Shown: positions 39,416 through 48,910, counted from the first letter of the stretch. The stretch is 64,000 bases of DNA from an uncultured Candidatus Saccharibacteria bacterium (GCA_964394435.1 CAYMXN010000002.1:14196-78195); one strand, 5' to 3'. The notes: a model not told the origin generated them from the letters alone. A program made the numbers and translations.

Positions 39416-39913
39416 TTAAACTATCTCCATCTCATCTTTATGCCTCGCTTTTATCAGCCCGCGCCCTTCTTTTGCCCGCTTACTTAAAACCCGATTTCCT
39501 CTTCCCCTCCCTCTATTCAAACCAGCATACGTTGCAGTAAGCGAATCGCAATTTGGACAGATCAACCGTAAATTCCTTTCGCTATTATTACGCCAATTCC
39601 CATCAATATGATCAGCTACTAATGGAGAGTATCCTATCTTCGTGTTAATTTTTGCCCATCCACAGAGACAGCATTTATCTTCAAATTTCCGCCTTAAATA
39701 TCTCTTGATGTATCCCGATACAATACCAAGACCTTGTAGCCCGCTCACCTCTCCCGCCTGCCACTTTTTTATATACAGTTGATACTGATATTCAATCTGG
39801 CAAGCATTACTACAATACTTGTATTGAGAACGTGCAGTTTGGCTACCGCATAAGAGACAAGCGGCTCTCGGCTTTTTAATTTGAGGCATACTAATATACT
39901 TCAATATTATCAA
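39416..39913 (-). CDS. HNH endonuclease
   Basis: CxxC...HIDGNWRNNSERNLRLICPNCDS is the HNH/His-Me finger with a zinc-binding Cys pair. Probable start at MPQIKK. Confidence 0.8.
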   Translation of the reverse strand: MIILKYISMPQIKKPRAACLLCGSQTARSQYKYCSNACQIEYQYQLYIKKWQAGEVSGLQGLGIVSGYIKRYLRRKFEDKCCLCGWAKINTKIGYSPLVADHIDGNWRNNSERNLRLICPNCDSLTATYAGLNRGRGRGNRVLSKRAKEGRGLIKARHKDEMEIV

Positions 39914-39957
39914 AAAACAACCAGTTTTGAAATATAGACTGGTCGCATTTTATCTTG

Positions 39958-40030
39958 AGCCACCTCGCGGATTTGCACCGCGGACCTTCTCGTTACGAGT
40001 GAGATGCTCTACTATCTGAGCTAAGGTGGC
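39958..40030 (-). tRNA. tRNA-Thr (anticodon CGU), probable
   Basis: Reverse-complement folds as acceptor GCCACCT/AGGTGGC, D arm GCTC..GAGC, anticodon loop CTCGTAA, T arm CGCGG-TGCAAAT-CCGCG. One A-C mismatch at 31-39 lowers confidence. Confidence 0.6.
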
Positions 40031-40073
40031 AGTTAGTGCCTACTATACCGATTTTAGAAAGTAATTTCAATGC

Positions 40074-40147
40074 TGGAGCGGGTAACGAGAATCGGACTCG
40101 TGTCTCAACCTTGGGAAGGTCGCGTTCTACCACTGAACCATACCCGC
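40074..40147 (-). tRNA. tRNA-Gly (anticodon CCC)
   Basis: Reverse-complement GCGGGTA..TACCCGC acceptor, D arm GTTC-AGTGGTA-GAAC, anticodon loop TTCCCAA, T arm ACGAG-TCCGATT-CTCGT, encoded CCA. Confidence 0.8.
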
Positions 40148-40151
40148 GCTT

Positions 40152-40721
40152 TTAACGCGTCAGTAGCTCACCTTCTTGCCATTGATAACTGGCGAGGAAG
40201 ATACTGACATCTGCGTCTTTACGCTTCTGTAGTATCCAATCATTTAGATTGGTTTTTTGCAAGATAAGCGAACTGCTTAAGATATTTCGCTGCGCCTGTG
40301 GAACTAAAATAAGGCGGGTAAAATCTCCGGGCATCAGACCATAGAGCTCGTTGATCGCTGGCGCGAGAGCTTGCGAGCTGGTTGTATTACCAATCATTTT
40401 CGAAAGGTCTTCTTCTCCCTGTTTGCCAAGCGTCAGAAATCCAGCCTCTACGACCTTATTTTCAATAAGCGTATCAAGACTTACTCGACGGAGTTCGATT
40501 AAAAACTTCGGATCAGCTAATTTTTCTTTTTCAGCAACAGAAGCGTTTCTCGAGGCTTTCTCGTAATAGTGATAGGCGGCATCAAAATGCTTCTGTACAT
40601 CTCCCGCCCAGATCATCTCACCGTTTACGCTTGCAACTGGATATAAATTAAAAACACTCGCAAAGTATACAATCCCGAAAATACCAACAAGCGCGGCAAG
40701 AATAATCGCGGTTCGTTTCAT
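40152..40721 (-). CDS. hypothetical secreted/membrane-anchored protein (189 aa)
   Basis: N-terminal TM/signal MKRTAIILAALVGIFGIVYFASV. The start codon abuts the end of IR element copy 2. Confidence 0.5.
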   Translation of the reverse strand: MKRTAIILAALVGIFGIVYFASVFNLYPVASVNGEMIWAGDVQKHFDAAYHYYEKASRNASVAEKEKLADPKFLIELRRVSLDTLIENKVVEAGFLTLGKQGEEDLSKMIGNTTSSQALAPAINELYGLMPGDFTRLILVPQAQRNILSSSLILQKTNLNDWILQKRKDADVSIFLASYQWQEGELLTR

Positions 40722-40725
40722 TGCG

Positions 40726-40853
40726 CTAGAGGCAATCCTGATGTTGTATAAGCGACCGGTAGGAGTTCATAGGTATTGATATATTGTAGCGTATATTCGT
40801 ATGTAGCATCGGCGGCAGAGCCGCTCTGCCTCTAACGGGATTCATTGGTAGTT
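40726..40853. repeat. inverted-repeat-bounded element, copy 2 (GCGCTAGAGG ... CCTCTAACGGG)
   Basis: About 128 bp and about 90 percent identical to copy 3 in direct orientation. The right terminus contains the stop codon of the ftsB-like gene. Confidence 0.6.
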
Positions 40854-41113
40854 GAAGGCACGAGAATAAAGAGCTTCTCGTCTGGCTTCTTGTAATTAAA
40901 CTGGGCGGTAGATTCTTTGGCAAGATTTGGATCTTGACGATAGTACTCAAGGTCCTGCTCAAGCTTAGCATTTTCCGCCTCGAGCGCCTTCATCTGCAGA
41001 CCCAACTCGTCTGAACGCTTAGTTAGCTCATTTTTCTGATCAATAAGCTGGTATAGCTGAAAGCTTGCAAAGACTAGAATAGCAGCTAAAAACAATATGA
41101 GAAAGAATTTCAT
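40832..41113 (-). CDS. FtsB/DivIC-like septum formation initiator (TM plus coiled coil, 93 aa)
   Basis: N-terminal TM helix followed by a coiled coil (ELGLQMKALEAENAKLEQDLEYYRQD). The gene is bracketed by IR element copies 2 and 3. Confidence 0.55.
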   Translation of the reverse strand: MKFFLILFLAAILVFASFQLYQLIDQKNELTKRSDELGLQMKALEAENAKLEQDLEYYRQDPNLAKESTAQFNYKKPDEKLFILVPSTTNESR

Positions 41114-41235
41114 CCCGTTAGAGGCAACTCTTATATTGTATAAGCGACCGGTAGGAGTTCATGGGTATTGATATATTGTAGCGTATATTCGTATATAGCA
41201 CGGGTGGCAGAGCCGCCCTGCCCCTAACGGGATGA
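41107..41235. repeat. inverted-repeat-bounded element, copy 3 (CCCGTTAGAGG ... CCCCTAACGGG)
   Basis: On the minus strand the terminus CCTCTAACGGG is directly followed by the ATG of the ftsB-like gene. The internal sequence carries TACAAT/TATAAG -10-like boxes. Confidence 0.6.
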
Positions 41236-41272
41236 GTCGCCTTTCATTATAGCGGAAAATGTACGACCAACC

Positions 41273-41296
41273 AAAAAACCGCTGACGCGGTTTTTT
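41273..41296 (-). terminator. intrinsic terminator after the SIMPL gene
   Basis: AAAAAACCGC-TGAC-GCGGTTTTTT. Confidence 0.65.
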
Positions 41297-41308
41297 GAAA
41301 GGAAAGGA

Positions 41309-42067
41309 TTACTTAATCTCGTATGTAACGTTAACCGTTACGTTGATGTCCTGCTCTCCCGGCTGAATGCTTGGAGCAACTGGCGCAGAAGATCCAGCTT
41401 CTGCCTTTACTGCGTACACTCGGTCGTAGTATGGCATAGGGTATCCGCCGTTTGACTCACTAAATGTGATCACACGAGCGATGCGGACTCCATTGGCGCG
41501 CGCCATTGACTCGGCCTTGGCGCGTGCCTGCTCAAACGCTTCGGCGCGTGCCTCTGCTTGCTTTGCCTCTGGGTTCTCAACGCTAAAGCTTAATTGACTA
41601 ATCTGATTAACCCCCTGCGCAGTGAGCCCACCCATTACCTCGCCCACCTTGGCAAGATTACGCATCTTTACCGTAACCGTCTGACTTAGCTCATATCCGA
41701 TAATGTTTGATTGGCTTGAGAGCTTGTCGTACTGATATCGTGGGTACAAGTTGTAGCCAGTGGTCGTGATATCCTTTTCGGCAATATCTTTTGACTTCAA
41801 GTACTCGATTACTTTATTGATTTTCGTGGTATTCGCGGTTTGAATTGCGGCTGGATCGGTTCCATTAGAAACGACCGAGAAAGAAGCCGTGGCGATATCT
41901 GGAGCGACACTTACCTTGCCCTCTCCGCTTACCATAATCGTGCGACTTGGATTTACCGCGTTACTTCCTCGAACAATTGCCTGAATGCCTACAAGCCCGA
42001 ACACAATCGCTACAATGAGCGAAACATTTACGAGCTTCCACATAATCGACTTTACTGAATAATCCAT
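41309..42067 (-). CDS. SIMPL-domain protein (DUF541, YggE-like)
   Basis: Signal/TM segment, then the fold-typical VSGEGKVSVAPDIATASFSV ... QPGEQDINVTVNVTYEI. Confidence 0.78.
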   Translation of the reverse strand: MDYSVKSIMWKLVNVSLIVAIVFGLVGIQAIVRGSNAVNPSRTIMVSGEGKVSVAPDIATASFSVVSNGTDPAAIQTANTTKINKVIEYLKSKDIAEKDITTTGYNLYPRYQYDKLSSQSNIIGYELSQTVTVKMRNLAKVGEVMGGLTAQGVNQISQLSFSVENPEAKQAEARAEAFEQARAKAESMARANGVRIARVITFSESNGGYPMPYYDRVYAVKAEAGSSAPVAPSIQPGEQDINVTVNVTYEIK

Positions 42068-42121
42068 ACTGTTTAATAAATTAATTGTTAATACTTGCTT
42101 ATATACTGTACAACGCGCGGA

Positions 42122-42859
42122 CTATGCTTTTGTGACAATTTTAGTAATCGATTTTATTTCTGCCACTTTGAGACTCGCTCCCCCAATCAACACTCCATCA
42201 ATCTGCGCCTCTGTTAAAAATGAAAGGATGTCTGACGAACTTACCGAACCACCATATAACACCTTTACTGGTTTTGAGAGGTCAGTAGTTTGACTCTTGA
42301 TATACGAAGCAATCTCATTTGCATCAGTCGGCGTCTCCACGCTTAATCCGGCAGTCTTTTCGGAAGTTGAGATCGCCCAAACTGGCTCGTAGGCTACGAT
42401 GAGCGGCTTTTTAAACTCGCGACCTCTTACTTGGACTAATGCGACTCGCAACTGATGATCAAGAACTTCGTGCGTCTGTCCAAGCTGTCGCTGCTCACCG
42501 GTTTCACCCACGCACAAAATTGGGGTAAGTCCGGCTTCAAATGCACATACGAGCTTTTGCCCAATCTCCTCATCAGTCTCCCCTAATGCTCGCCGCTCGG
42601 AGTGCCCAATAATTACATACTCTGCTCCCACTGCTTTAATTTGATCCGCAGAATACTCGCCCGTCAGCGGGCCCATTCGTTTTACTGATACGTTTTGCGC
42701 ACCCACCTTTGCCTTCGTTAATACCTTCTTCGCCTCGCCAATAAACGGTGCTGGTGGACAGACTACCCACTGGACAGCATCTGTTGCCTTAAATAATTTC
42801 AGCGCTTCAGCCTTGGTTTGCGGATTCATCTTCCAGTTTGCGATAAGTAGTTTTTTCAT
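42122..42859 (-). CDS. tpiA: triosephosphate isomerase
   Basis: IANWKMN, catalytic IIGHSERR, YGGSV. 245 aa. Confidence 0.93.
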   Translation of the reverse strand: MKKLLIANWKMNPQTKAEALKLFKATDAVQWVVCPPAPFIGEAKKVLTKAKVGAQNVSVKRMGPLTGEYSADQIKAVGAEYVIIGHSERRALGETDEEIGQKLVCAFEAGLTPILCVGETGEQRQLGQTHEVLDHQLRVALVQVRGREFKKPLIVAYEPVWAISTSEKTAGLSVETPTDANEIASYIKSQTTDLSKPVKVLYGGSVSSSDILSFLTEAQIDGVLIGGASLKVAEIKSITKIVTKA

Positions 42860-42862
42860 AGA

Positions 42863-43321
42863 TTAGAAAATAGCGGCGATACCGAGCGTGGCGACCAGCA
42901 CGATACAGCCAGCAGTAATTACCCCTAATGATATCGCATAGAATGACTTCCTCAAAGGTAGGTCAAAGATGAATGCGGCGATGGTCGCACTCCACGCACC
43001 GGTCAGCGGAAACGGAACAGCGGTAAAGATAAATAACCCAATCACCCCCATTGCGGTGAACAACTGGGTATGTCTTACCCGTGTACGCTCAAATAGCCAG
43101 TTAAAAAATCGATTTGCCCAATACAAATGCTGACTCAATACTTTTGAAAGCTTGTGCCAGAAATACAGAAGTGGAAGTATCGGCGCAATATTACCAATTA
43201 CTGACAAGAGGAGTGCCTTGATCGCTGAAAAATGAAACACCCCGATGGCGAGCGGAATAGCGCCACGCAATTCAGAAATAGGCGCAGCTGCGACAAGCAT
43301 CGTGATTAGTTCTTGCTTCAT
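42863..43321 (-). CDS. small polytopic membrane protein (COG2426 / small multidrug export-like)
   Basis: 152 aa, 4 TM helices, ELRGAIPLA motif near the N-terminus. Confidence 0.45.
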   Translation of the reverse strand: MKQELITMLVAAAPISELRGAIPLAIGVFHFSAIKALLLSVIGNIAPILPLLYFWHKLSKVLSQHLYWANRFFNWLFERTRVRHTQLFTAMGVIGLFIFTAVPFPLTGAWSATIAAFIFDLPLRKSFYAISLGVITAGCIVLVATLGIAAIF

Positions 43322-43324
43322 AGA

Positions 43325-45211
43325 TTATTCAGTCGGCGCTACATTAATACGATTATCGTAATACCATTGTAGTACATCTTTAGCGATTGGCACTGCGTTT
43401 AAGCTTCCCTCTTTTGCATCTTCGACGAGCACGAGAATTGCGATCTCCGGCTCGTCAGCAGGAGCGTACCCGACAAAAAAGGCGTTTGTTTTTGTGTTGT
43501 TTTGAATCTGTGCACTACCTGTTTTCGCCGCCACTGACATTGGTAAATCGGCGAGCTTATACGACGTACCATAACTCTTACTCGCACCATCACGCATACC
43601 CTGCCTGACATCAGCTAGCTCACTCTTAAATGCTGAACTGTAATCAAGTAAGAGCTGGGGTTCTTGTAAGTCTTTTGTTATCTTTCCACCCGCACTCATC
43701 TCTAAGGCGAGCTTAGGCGCGAATAACTTACCGCCATTAGCGATCGAGGAGATAAAGTTAATCAACTGAATCGGCGAGACGAGGAGATCTCCCTGTCCAA
43801 TCGAAACGTTATACGTATCACCAATACGCCACGGCTGTCCGGTGCGTTTTTCCTTTTCGGCGGCGTCTGGAAGAAATCCTGTATTTTCAGAATCAGCATC
43901 GATATTGGTTTTTTGTCCAAATCCAAAATACTGCCAATACTGCTTAAGCTTATCAATACCTAACCCTTTTATCGCTGGCTCACCCGGACTTCCCGGAAAG
44001 CCACCACCAACCTCATAGAAGTATACGTTTGAAGAACGCGCGAGTGCCGAGTGCACATCTACCCATCCCTGCGGTCGCCAGTCAACAAATCGGCTCGGTT
44101 TATCCGGGAAAAACGGGTTAGCGATCTCAATATAGCCTTTTGAGTAAATCTGAAAATCTGGCGTGACAATATTTTCTTTTAAAGCGGCGAGTGCTACCAA
44201 TGGCTTAATGATTGATCCTGGGTTGTATGCTCCTAATAATGCGCGATTAAATAATGGCTTGCGCTTATCAGTAAAGAGCGAGGTAAGCTCGCTACCTGCA
44301 CCGGGAGTGACGAACAAATTGTTGTCATAGCTTGGCTCACTAATGAGTGCCAATACCTGGCCAGTCTTTGGCTGCATCGCAATCCCAACGCCACCACTCA
44401 CCCCAAGACTGCGCAGACTTTGTGATAGTCTTTGATGAAAATACTCTTGGAGCTTGGCATCGATTGTCGTCTTTAATATCTGCCCCGCCTCTGGCTCGCT
44501 GACAATGCGCTCATCAATCTGCTTACCCTTAGCATCTTTATATATAGCTTTCGCACCGTCGGTTCCGCGCAGCGATGCATCATAATAACTCTCGAGCCCA
44601 CTTTTTCCGACGATATCATTACTCGTCTTACTCACCCCGGTATAGCCAATCACCTGACTAAATACTGGCCCCTCAACATACTCTCGTCGATAGTCATTGC
44701 GCACCTCTACTTCAGGAATCGCCAACCCTTTAATCGCAATCGCTGTCTCTGGCGAGACGTTGCGCGCTACAGCAACAGTGCTTTTTTTCTCAAAATCATT
44801 GGTTTGAATAATCGTACGAACCTCATCTGGAGCAAGCTCAAGCGCCTGGGAAAGTTTATCAATCACCTCTTCAAAATGACGCCTATCTTTTAAAAGACTC
44901 GCGGTACTCACAAACACACTGAATGTTTCGGCATTTTTCGCGAGCACCTCACCGTACCGATCGGTAATTAATCCACGATGCGCCGGAAGCGAAACTTCTT
45001 GGTTAGCGTTAGCCTGTGCACGAGCTGCGTAGAAACTCTTTTTCGTCATATTTAAAAACGCAACGCGCCCAAGGACAATAAAGCTTGTAATCCCAGCGAG
45101 AATCAATACAAACAAAAAGACGCGTTGCGAAATCGGAAGCTCTACATAGCCAGCATCCTTATCTGCAAACGCTTCTGACACAAAATCATCGAATTGAAGA
45201 TCGTGCTTCAT
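43325..45211 (-). CDS. mrdA: penicillin-binding protein 2 (class B transpeptidase)
   Basis: SxxK (GSIIKPLV), SxN (SSNVYFY) and KTG (KTGSAQ) motifs. N-terminal TM anchor. Downstream of mreBCD. Confidence 0.9.
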   Translation of the reverse strand: MKHDLQFDDFVSEAFADKDAGYVELPISQRVFLFVLILAGITSFIVLGRVAFLNMTKKSFYAARAQANANQEVSLPAHRGLITDRYGEVLAKNAETFSVFVSTASLLKDRRHFEEVIDKLSQALELAPDEVRTIIQTNDFEKKSTVAVARNVSPETAIAIKGLAIPEVEVRNDYRREYVEGPVFSQVIGYTGVSKTSNDIVGKSGLESYYDASLRGTDGAKAIYKDAKGKQIDERIVSEPEAGQILKTTIDAKLQEYFHQRLSQSLRSLGVSGGVGIAMQPKTGQVLALISEPSYDNNLFVTPGAGSELTSLFTDKRKPLFNRALLGAYNPGSIIKPLVALAALKENIVTPDFQIYSKGYIEIANPFFPDKPSRFVDWRPQGWVDVHSALARSSNVYFYEVGGGFPGSPGEPAIKGLGIDKLKQYWQYFGFGQKTNIDADSENTGFLPDAAEKEKRTGQPWRIGDTYNVSIGQGDLLVSPIQLINFISSIANGGKLFAPKLALEMSAGGKITKDLQEPQLLLDYSSAFKSELADVRQGMRDGASKSYGTSYKLADLPMSVAAKTGSAQIQNNTKTNAFFVGYAPADEPEIAILVLVEDAKEGSLNAVPIAKDVLQWYYDNRINVAPTE

Positions 45212-45656
45212 ATAATCGTCTTAGCACTGCAGCAAGCAGTAAACCAATACACCCATTATAGATGATTTCTTTCACGACAATGACTGGGTGGGTATAGATA
45301 AAGTCTGGAGCGACAATTAGCGTATTAATGAGCGTCGCAACGACTACCACAATCAGGGTCGCTCCAGTAGCAACTTGTACTACGCGCTCTTTGAGCCAAA
45401 AAATAATAAGCATCGCGCTTAATAGACCGATCGCCTCCTTGCTTACCCCAGGCGTAAATCTGGCAAAAATAAGACTGAAGAATAATAGCCAACCATATGC
45501 TGCGAAGTCTTGCGCAAAGAGCGTGCAGACTGCGGCCACTACAAGAATAAGGTTGGGTTTTATACCAAACGCAGTCAACACTCCCATTTGCTCAACTACA
45601 GCAGAAAAAAATAGGAGGGAGAAAAAAACTACTACCTGATAATTACCTTGGCGCAT
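45186..45656 (-). CDS. mreD: rod shape-determining protein MreD
   Basis: About 156-aa polytopic membrane protein in the canonical mreC-mreD-pbp2 position. Confidence 0.65.
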   Translation of the reverse strand: MRQGNYQVVVFFSLLFFSAVVEQMGVLTAFGIKPNLILVVAAVCTLFAQDFAAYGWLLFFSLIFARFTPGVSKEAIGLLSAMLIIFWLKERVVQVATGATLIVVVVATLINTLIVAPDFIYTHPVIVVKEIIYNGCIGLLLAAVLRRLYEARSSIR

Positions 45657-45659
45657 ATA

Positions 45660-46379
45660 CTATTTAACTCGGACCAGTACGGTTTCAATATCGCTCATTT
45701 GGTATGGAATTGTGATGTCGGCCTCACGAAACACTCCTTCAACCGTCTCTCGCAACTCACCTACCTGACCAAGCTCAATCCCGAATGGTAAATCCTTACT
45801 CGCACTGATTACCGTCTCGCCACCAAGCACTGTTTTCTTCTTGGAGATCAGCGTTAGCTTTGGCGTATGCCCTCCAACATAGAGTGCATCAACTTTATTC
45901 GCCCCAATCTTTACCGGAATCTCCCAATTAGGAGTTAAGATCGTCTTTACGACACTCTGATTGCTATACACGTTAATAATCTGACCCAGTAAAATACCCT
46001 TATCGGCGTATACTGCCATTCCTTCTTTGATGCCCTGTTCGCTTCCCGCATTGATGAGCAGCTCATCGCTCACATTGAGCGGATAGTATGAGTACACGCT
46101 CGCGCTTACATATAACTCCTTCCCCTCCTCTACAAACTGCGGCCGCTGGAGCAACTCAACGAGTTGAGCGCGCAAGCTCTGATTTTCCAATTGTAATGTT
46201 TGGATCTGCCGTGAAAGTGCGACGCGATTAAATAAACTTTGAATGAACACCACTGGCGCCTGAAACGCCTGGCCAAATCTCGAAACAAGATATGTCTTAG
46301 GGGCGAACAAAAGCTGGCTTAAAAAAAACAATACTGAAAGCGCTAGTACGAGCGCCAAGATAGTACTTCGTCCTCTCAT
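45660..46379 (-). CDS. mreC: rod shape-determining protein MreC
   Basis: N-terminal TM, coiled coil (LQLENQSLRAQLVELLQ), C-terminal beta domain. Confidence 0.8.
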   Translation of the reverse strand: MRGRSTILALVLALSVLFFLSQLLFAPKTYLVSRFGQAFQAPVVFIQSLFNRVALSRQIQTLQLENQSLRAQLVELLQRPQFVEEGKELYVSASVYSYYPLNVSDELLINAGSEQGIKEGMAVYADKGILLGQIINVYSNQSVVKTILTPNWEIPVKIGANKVDALYVGGHTPKLTLISKKKTVLGGETVISASKDLPFGIELGQVGELRETVEGVFREADITIPYQMSDIETVLVRVK

Positions 46380-46384
46380 AGATG

Positions 46385-47434
46385 TTAAAGCTTAATATCC
46401 CGTGGCTTAAGCGGGTTGTCGAGAATGTAATCGTACTTCTCGAGATTTTCTACTGCCAGGCCGGTGCCGCGAGCAACACATGTAAGTGGGTCATCTACGA
46501 TATTCACGAGCACAGAAAGTTCCTTGCTGATTAGCTGATCAATCCCACGCAAAAGTGATCCCCCACCACACATATAAATACCACGTTTTAAGATATCGCC
46601 GACGAGCTCTGGTGGTGCGACCTCAATAACCTCGCGCACCGACTCAACGATCTGCTTAAGCGATTTTGCGAGTGCGGCTCGAATATGCGTGTCTTTTAAA
46701 AGAATTTCTTTCGGCAACCCCGTGGCGAGATCGCGCCCGCGCACCGGCATCTCAAGCTTTTCAGTTGGCGGAATTGCTGACCCGATTGATATTTTTAAAT
46801 CTTCTGCGGTCGGCTCGCCAATTGCCAAGTGGAACTCATCGCGAACGAACTTAATAATATCGTCATTAAACTTATCGCCGGCAACCTTCAAGCTTTTTAC
46901 AGTAACCGTGCCACCCATTGAGATAATCGCCATCTCGGTCGTTCCTCCGCCGATGTCGATAATCATATTCGCAACTGGCTCGTGAACCGGTAAGCGCGCG
47001 CCTAATGCGGCAGCGAGTGCGGACTCGATTACGTACGCCTTAGAAACTCCGGCGCCAATAACCGCATCTTCAACTGACTTGCGCTCAACTTCGGTTAGGT
47101 CGGCTGGTACGCCGATAACTGCTTTGTGGTAGTAGCTGAAAAAATTATTCTGCCCGAGCTTTTTTAAAAATGCGCGCAAAATCTCCTGCGCCATTTCGAA
47201 GTCAGAAATAACTCCATTAACGAGCGGACGGATAACGCTGATCTGCAGCGGTGTGCGCCCAAGCATCTCTTTGGCCTCTTTGCCAACCGCAACCACCTTA
47301 CCGGTTTTGTTGTTGACGGCGACGCAGCTCGGCTCATTAATCACAATGCCCCGCCCCGCGAGATACACGAGAGAGTTGGCTGTGCCTAAGTCGATACCGA
47401 CGTCACGCTTAAAGATGCCAAATGGATTCTTCAT
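46385..47434 (-). CDS. mreB: rod shape-determining protein MreB (actin homolog)
   Basis: DVGIDLGTANSLVY phosphate-1 motif, IIDIGGGTTE phosphate-2, adenosine motif. A TTGAAT-18-TATGAT promoter lies upstream. Confidence 0.93.
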   Translation of the reverse strand: MKNPFGIFKRDVGIDLGTANSLVYLAGRGIVINEPSCVAVNNKTGKVVAVGKEAKEMLGRTPLQISVIRPLVNGVISDFEMAQEILRAFLKKLGQNNFFSYYHKAVIGVPADLTEVERKSVEDAVIGAGVSKAYVIESALAAALGARLPVHEPVANMIIDIGGGTTEMAIISMGGTVTVKSLKVAGDKFNDDIIKFVRDEFHLAIGEPTAEDLKISIGSAIPPTEKLEMPVRGRDLATGLPKEILLKDTHIRAALAKSLKQIVESVREVIEVAPPELVGDILKRGIYMCGGGSLLRGIDQLISKELSVLVNIVDDPLTCVARGTGLAVENLEKYDYILDNPLKPRDIKL

Positions 47435-47532
47435 ATCGTGCCCGTATCATAGCAGACGGCCCGTAGATTATTCAATAGGACCCTTCGGGCATACTCAGGG
47501 CGAGCACGACTTGACTAAATCGACTGAAATCT

Positions 47533-47555
47533 AAAACCGCCCAGCGGGCGGTTTT
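47533..47555 (-). terminator. intrinsic terminator after proS
   Basis: AAAACCGCCC-AGC-GGGCGGTTTT. Confidence 0.65.
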
Positions 47556-47564
47556 AGGCAGTCA

Positions 47565-48806
47565 TTATTTGATGTGGTCGATGAGATGGTCGGCTTTCAC
47601 TATCTTCTCCTCACCTGTCCGGCGGTGGCGTACTTCGTACCCACCTTTCTCGAGCGTCTTCTCGCTTACTACTATACGATATGGAATACCAAGCAAATCG
47701 GCGTCATTGAGTTTTTGGCCGGCGGTTGCGTCGCGATCGTCAAACAATACTTCGACATTTTCGTTACGAAGTTTTTTATACAACTCTTCAGCCGCTTTTT
47801 CTGCCTCTCCGGTTTTACTCTTAAGCGAGATCAAGTGTGCGCGAAATGGCGCGACTGATTCTGGCCAGACAATTCCCTTTTCGTCTGAAAGCACTTCGAC
47901 GATCGTACCCATCACGCGCCCCAAACCGATACCATAACAACCCATTACCACCGGCTGAAGCTCACCCTTTTCATCTTTATAGGTAACTTTAAACGGCTCG
48001 GTAAACTTAGTCTTGAGCTCAAAGATGTTTCCCACCTCAATCGCCTTTTCTTCTCGTAGGCCGGTCGCGCCACATTGCGGACAGTTCGGTTGATCGGCTT
48101 TGATTTCTTTGTTCACTGCGATCGCGCACTGGTCGCAAAGATAGATGATATCCTCACCAGCCGAGGTAAGTGTCTGAAACTCGTGGCTATACTTACTAAA
48201 ACTTCCACCTGAAGCGTAGGTTACATAGGTGCGCTCACCAATACCAACGCGCTTAAATATTTCGCGATACGCCTGCTTCATAATCTCGTAGTACATCTTT
48301 AAATCTTTCTCATCGCGATGGAACGAATAGAAGTCCTTCATAATAAACTCACGGCCGCGCAAAATACCGCTCTTCGCGCGCAGCTCCATACGGAACTTGT
48401 TTTGGAATTGATAGACGCCAAACGGCAGGTCTTTATAGGAAGAGATAAACTGCTTAGCGAGCGGAACTACGATTTCTTCGTGGGTTGGACCGAGAGCGTT
48501 TTCACGACCCGAAGCGTCTTTGACTTTGTACAAGTCATCCATCGTCGTCCAGCGACCGGTCGTCTCCCAGTTTTCTTTTGGATGGAGCGACGGCATCAGT
48601 ACCTCTTGTCCGCCAACCTTATTCATCTCCTCGCGGATAATCGTTTCGATTTTTCGCAGCACGCGAAGACCAAGCGGTAAGTAGGTGTATACCCCGGCTT
48701 GAAGCTTATCGATATAGCCAGCACGAATTAAGAGCTGGGCGTTTTTAGCCACCTCTTCAGACGGATTGTCTTTTTGAGTGCGGGTAAATAGTTCGGTTTG
48801 TCTCAT
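47565..48806 (-). CDS. proS: prolyl-tRNA synthetase (short form lacking the INS editing domain)
   Basis: Class II motifs 1-3 (e.g. FRMELRAKSGILRGREFIMKDFYSF) and C-terminal anticodon-binding domain. 413 aa. Confidence 0.88.
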   Translation of the reverse strand: MRQTELFTRTQKDNPSEEVAKNAQLLIRAGYIDKLQAGVYTYLPLGLRVLRKIETIIREEMNKVGGQEVLMPSLHPKENWETTGRWTTMDDLYKVKDASGRENALGPTHEEIVVPLAKQFISSYKDLPFGVYQFQNKFRMELRAKSGILRGREFIMKDFYSFHRDEKDLKMYYEIMKQAYREIFKRVGIGERTYVTYASGGSFSKYSHEFQTLTSAGEDIIYLCDQCAIAVNKEIKADQPNCPQCGATGLREEKAIEVGNIFELKTKFTEPFKVTYKDEKGELQPVVMGCYGIGLGRVMGTIVEVLSDEKGIVWPESVAPFRAHLISLKSKTGEAEKAAEELYKKLRNENVEVLFDDRDATAGQKLNDADLLGIPYRIVVSEKTLEKGGYEVRHRRTGEEKIVKADHLIDHIK

Positions 48807-48910
48807 ACGCCCATTATACAGAAATAATCGTCCTATACAAAAATTGACACCCCACTCGGCTTTTGATAAAAATCAGCTAGCACCTTTCATCCTCTTTTGG
48901 AGAATGCGTT

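Noticed and set aside
39392-39420. Programmed +1 frameshift site for prfB
   Set aside because: No CUU-UGA context. The upstream sequence is the 3' end of the HNH gene, with no in-frame domain-1 coding potential.
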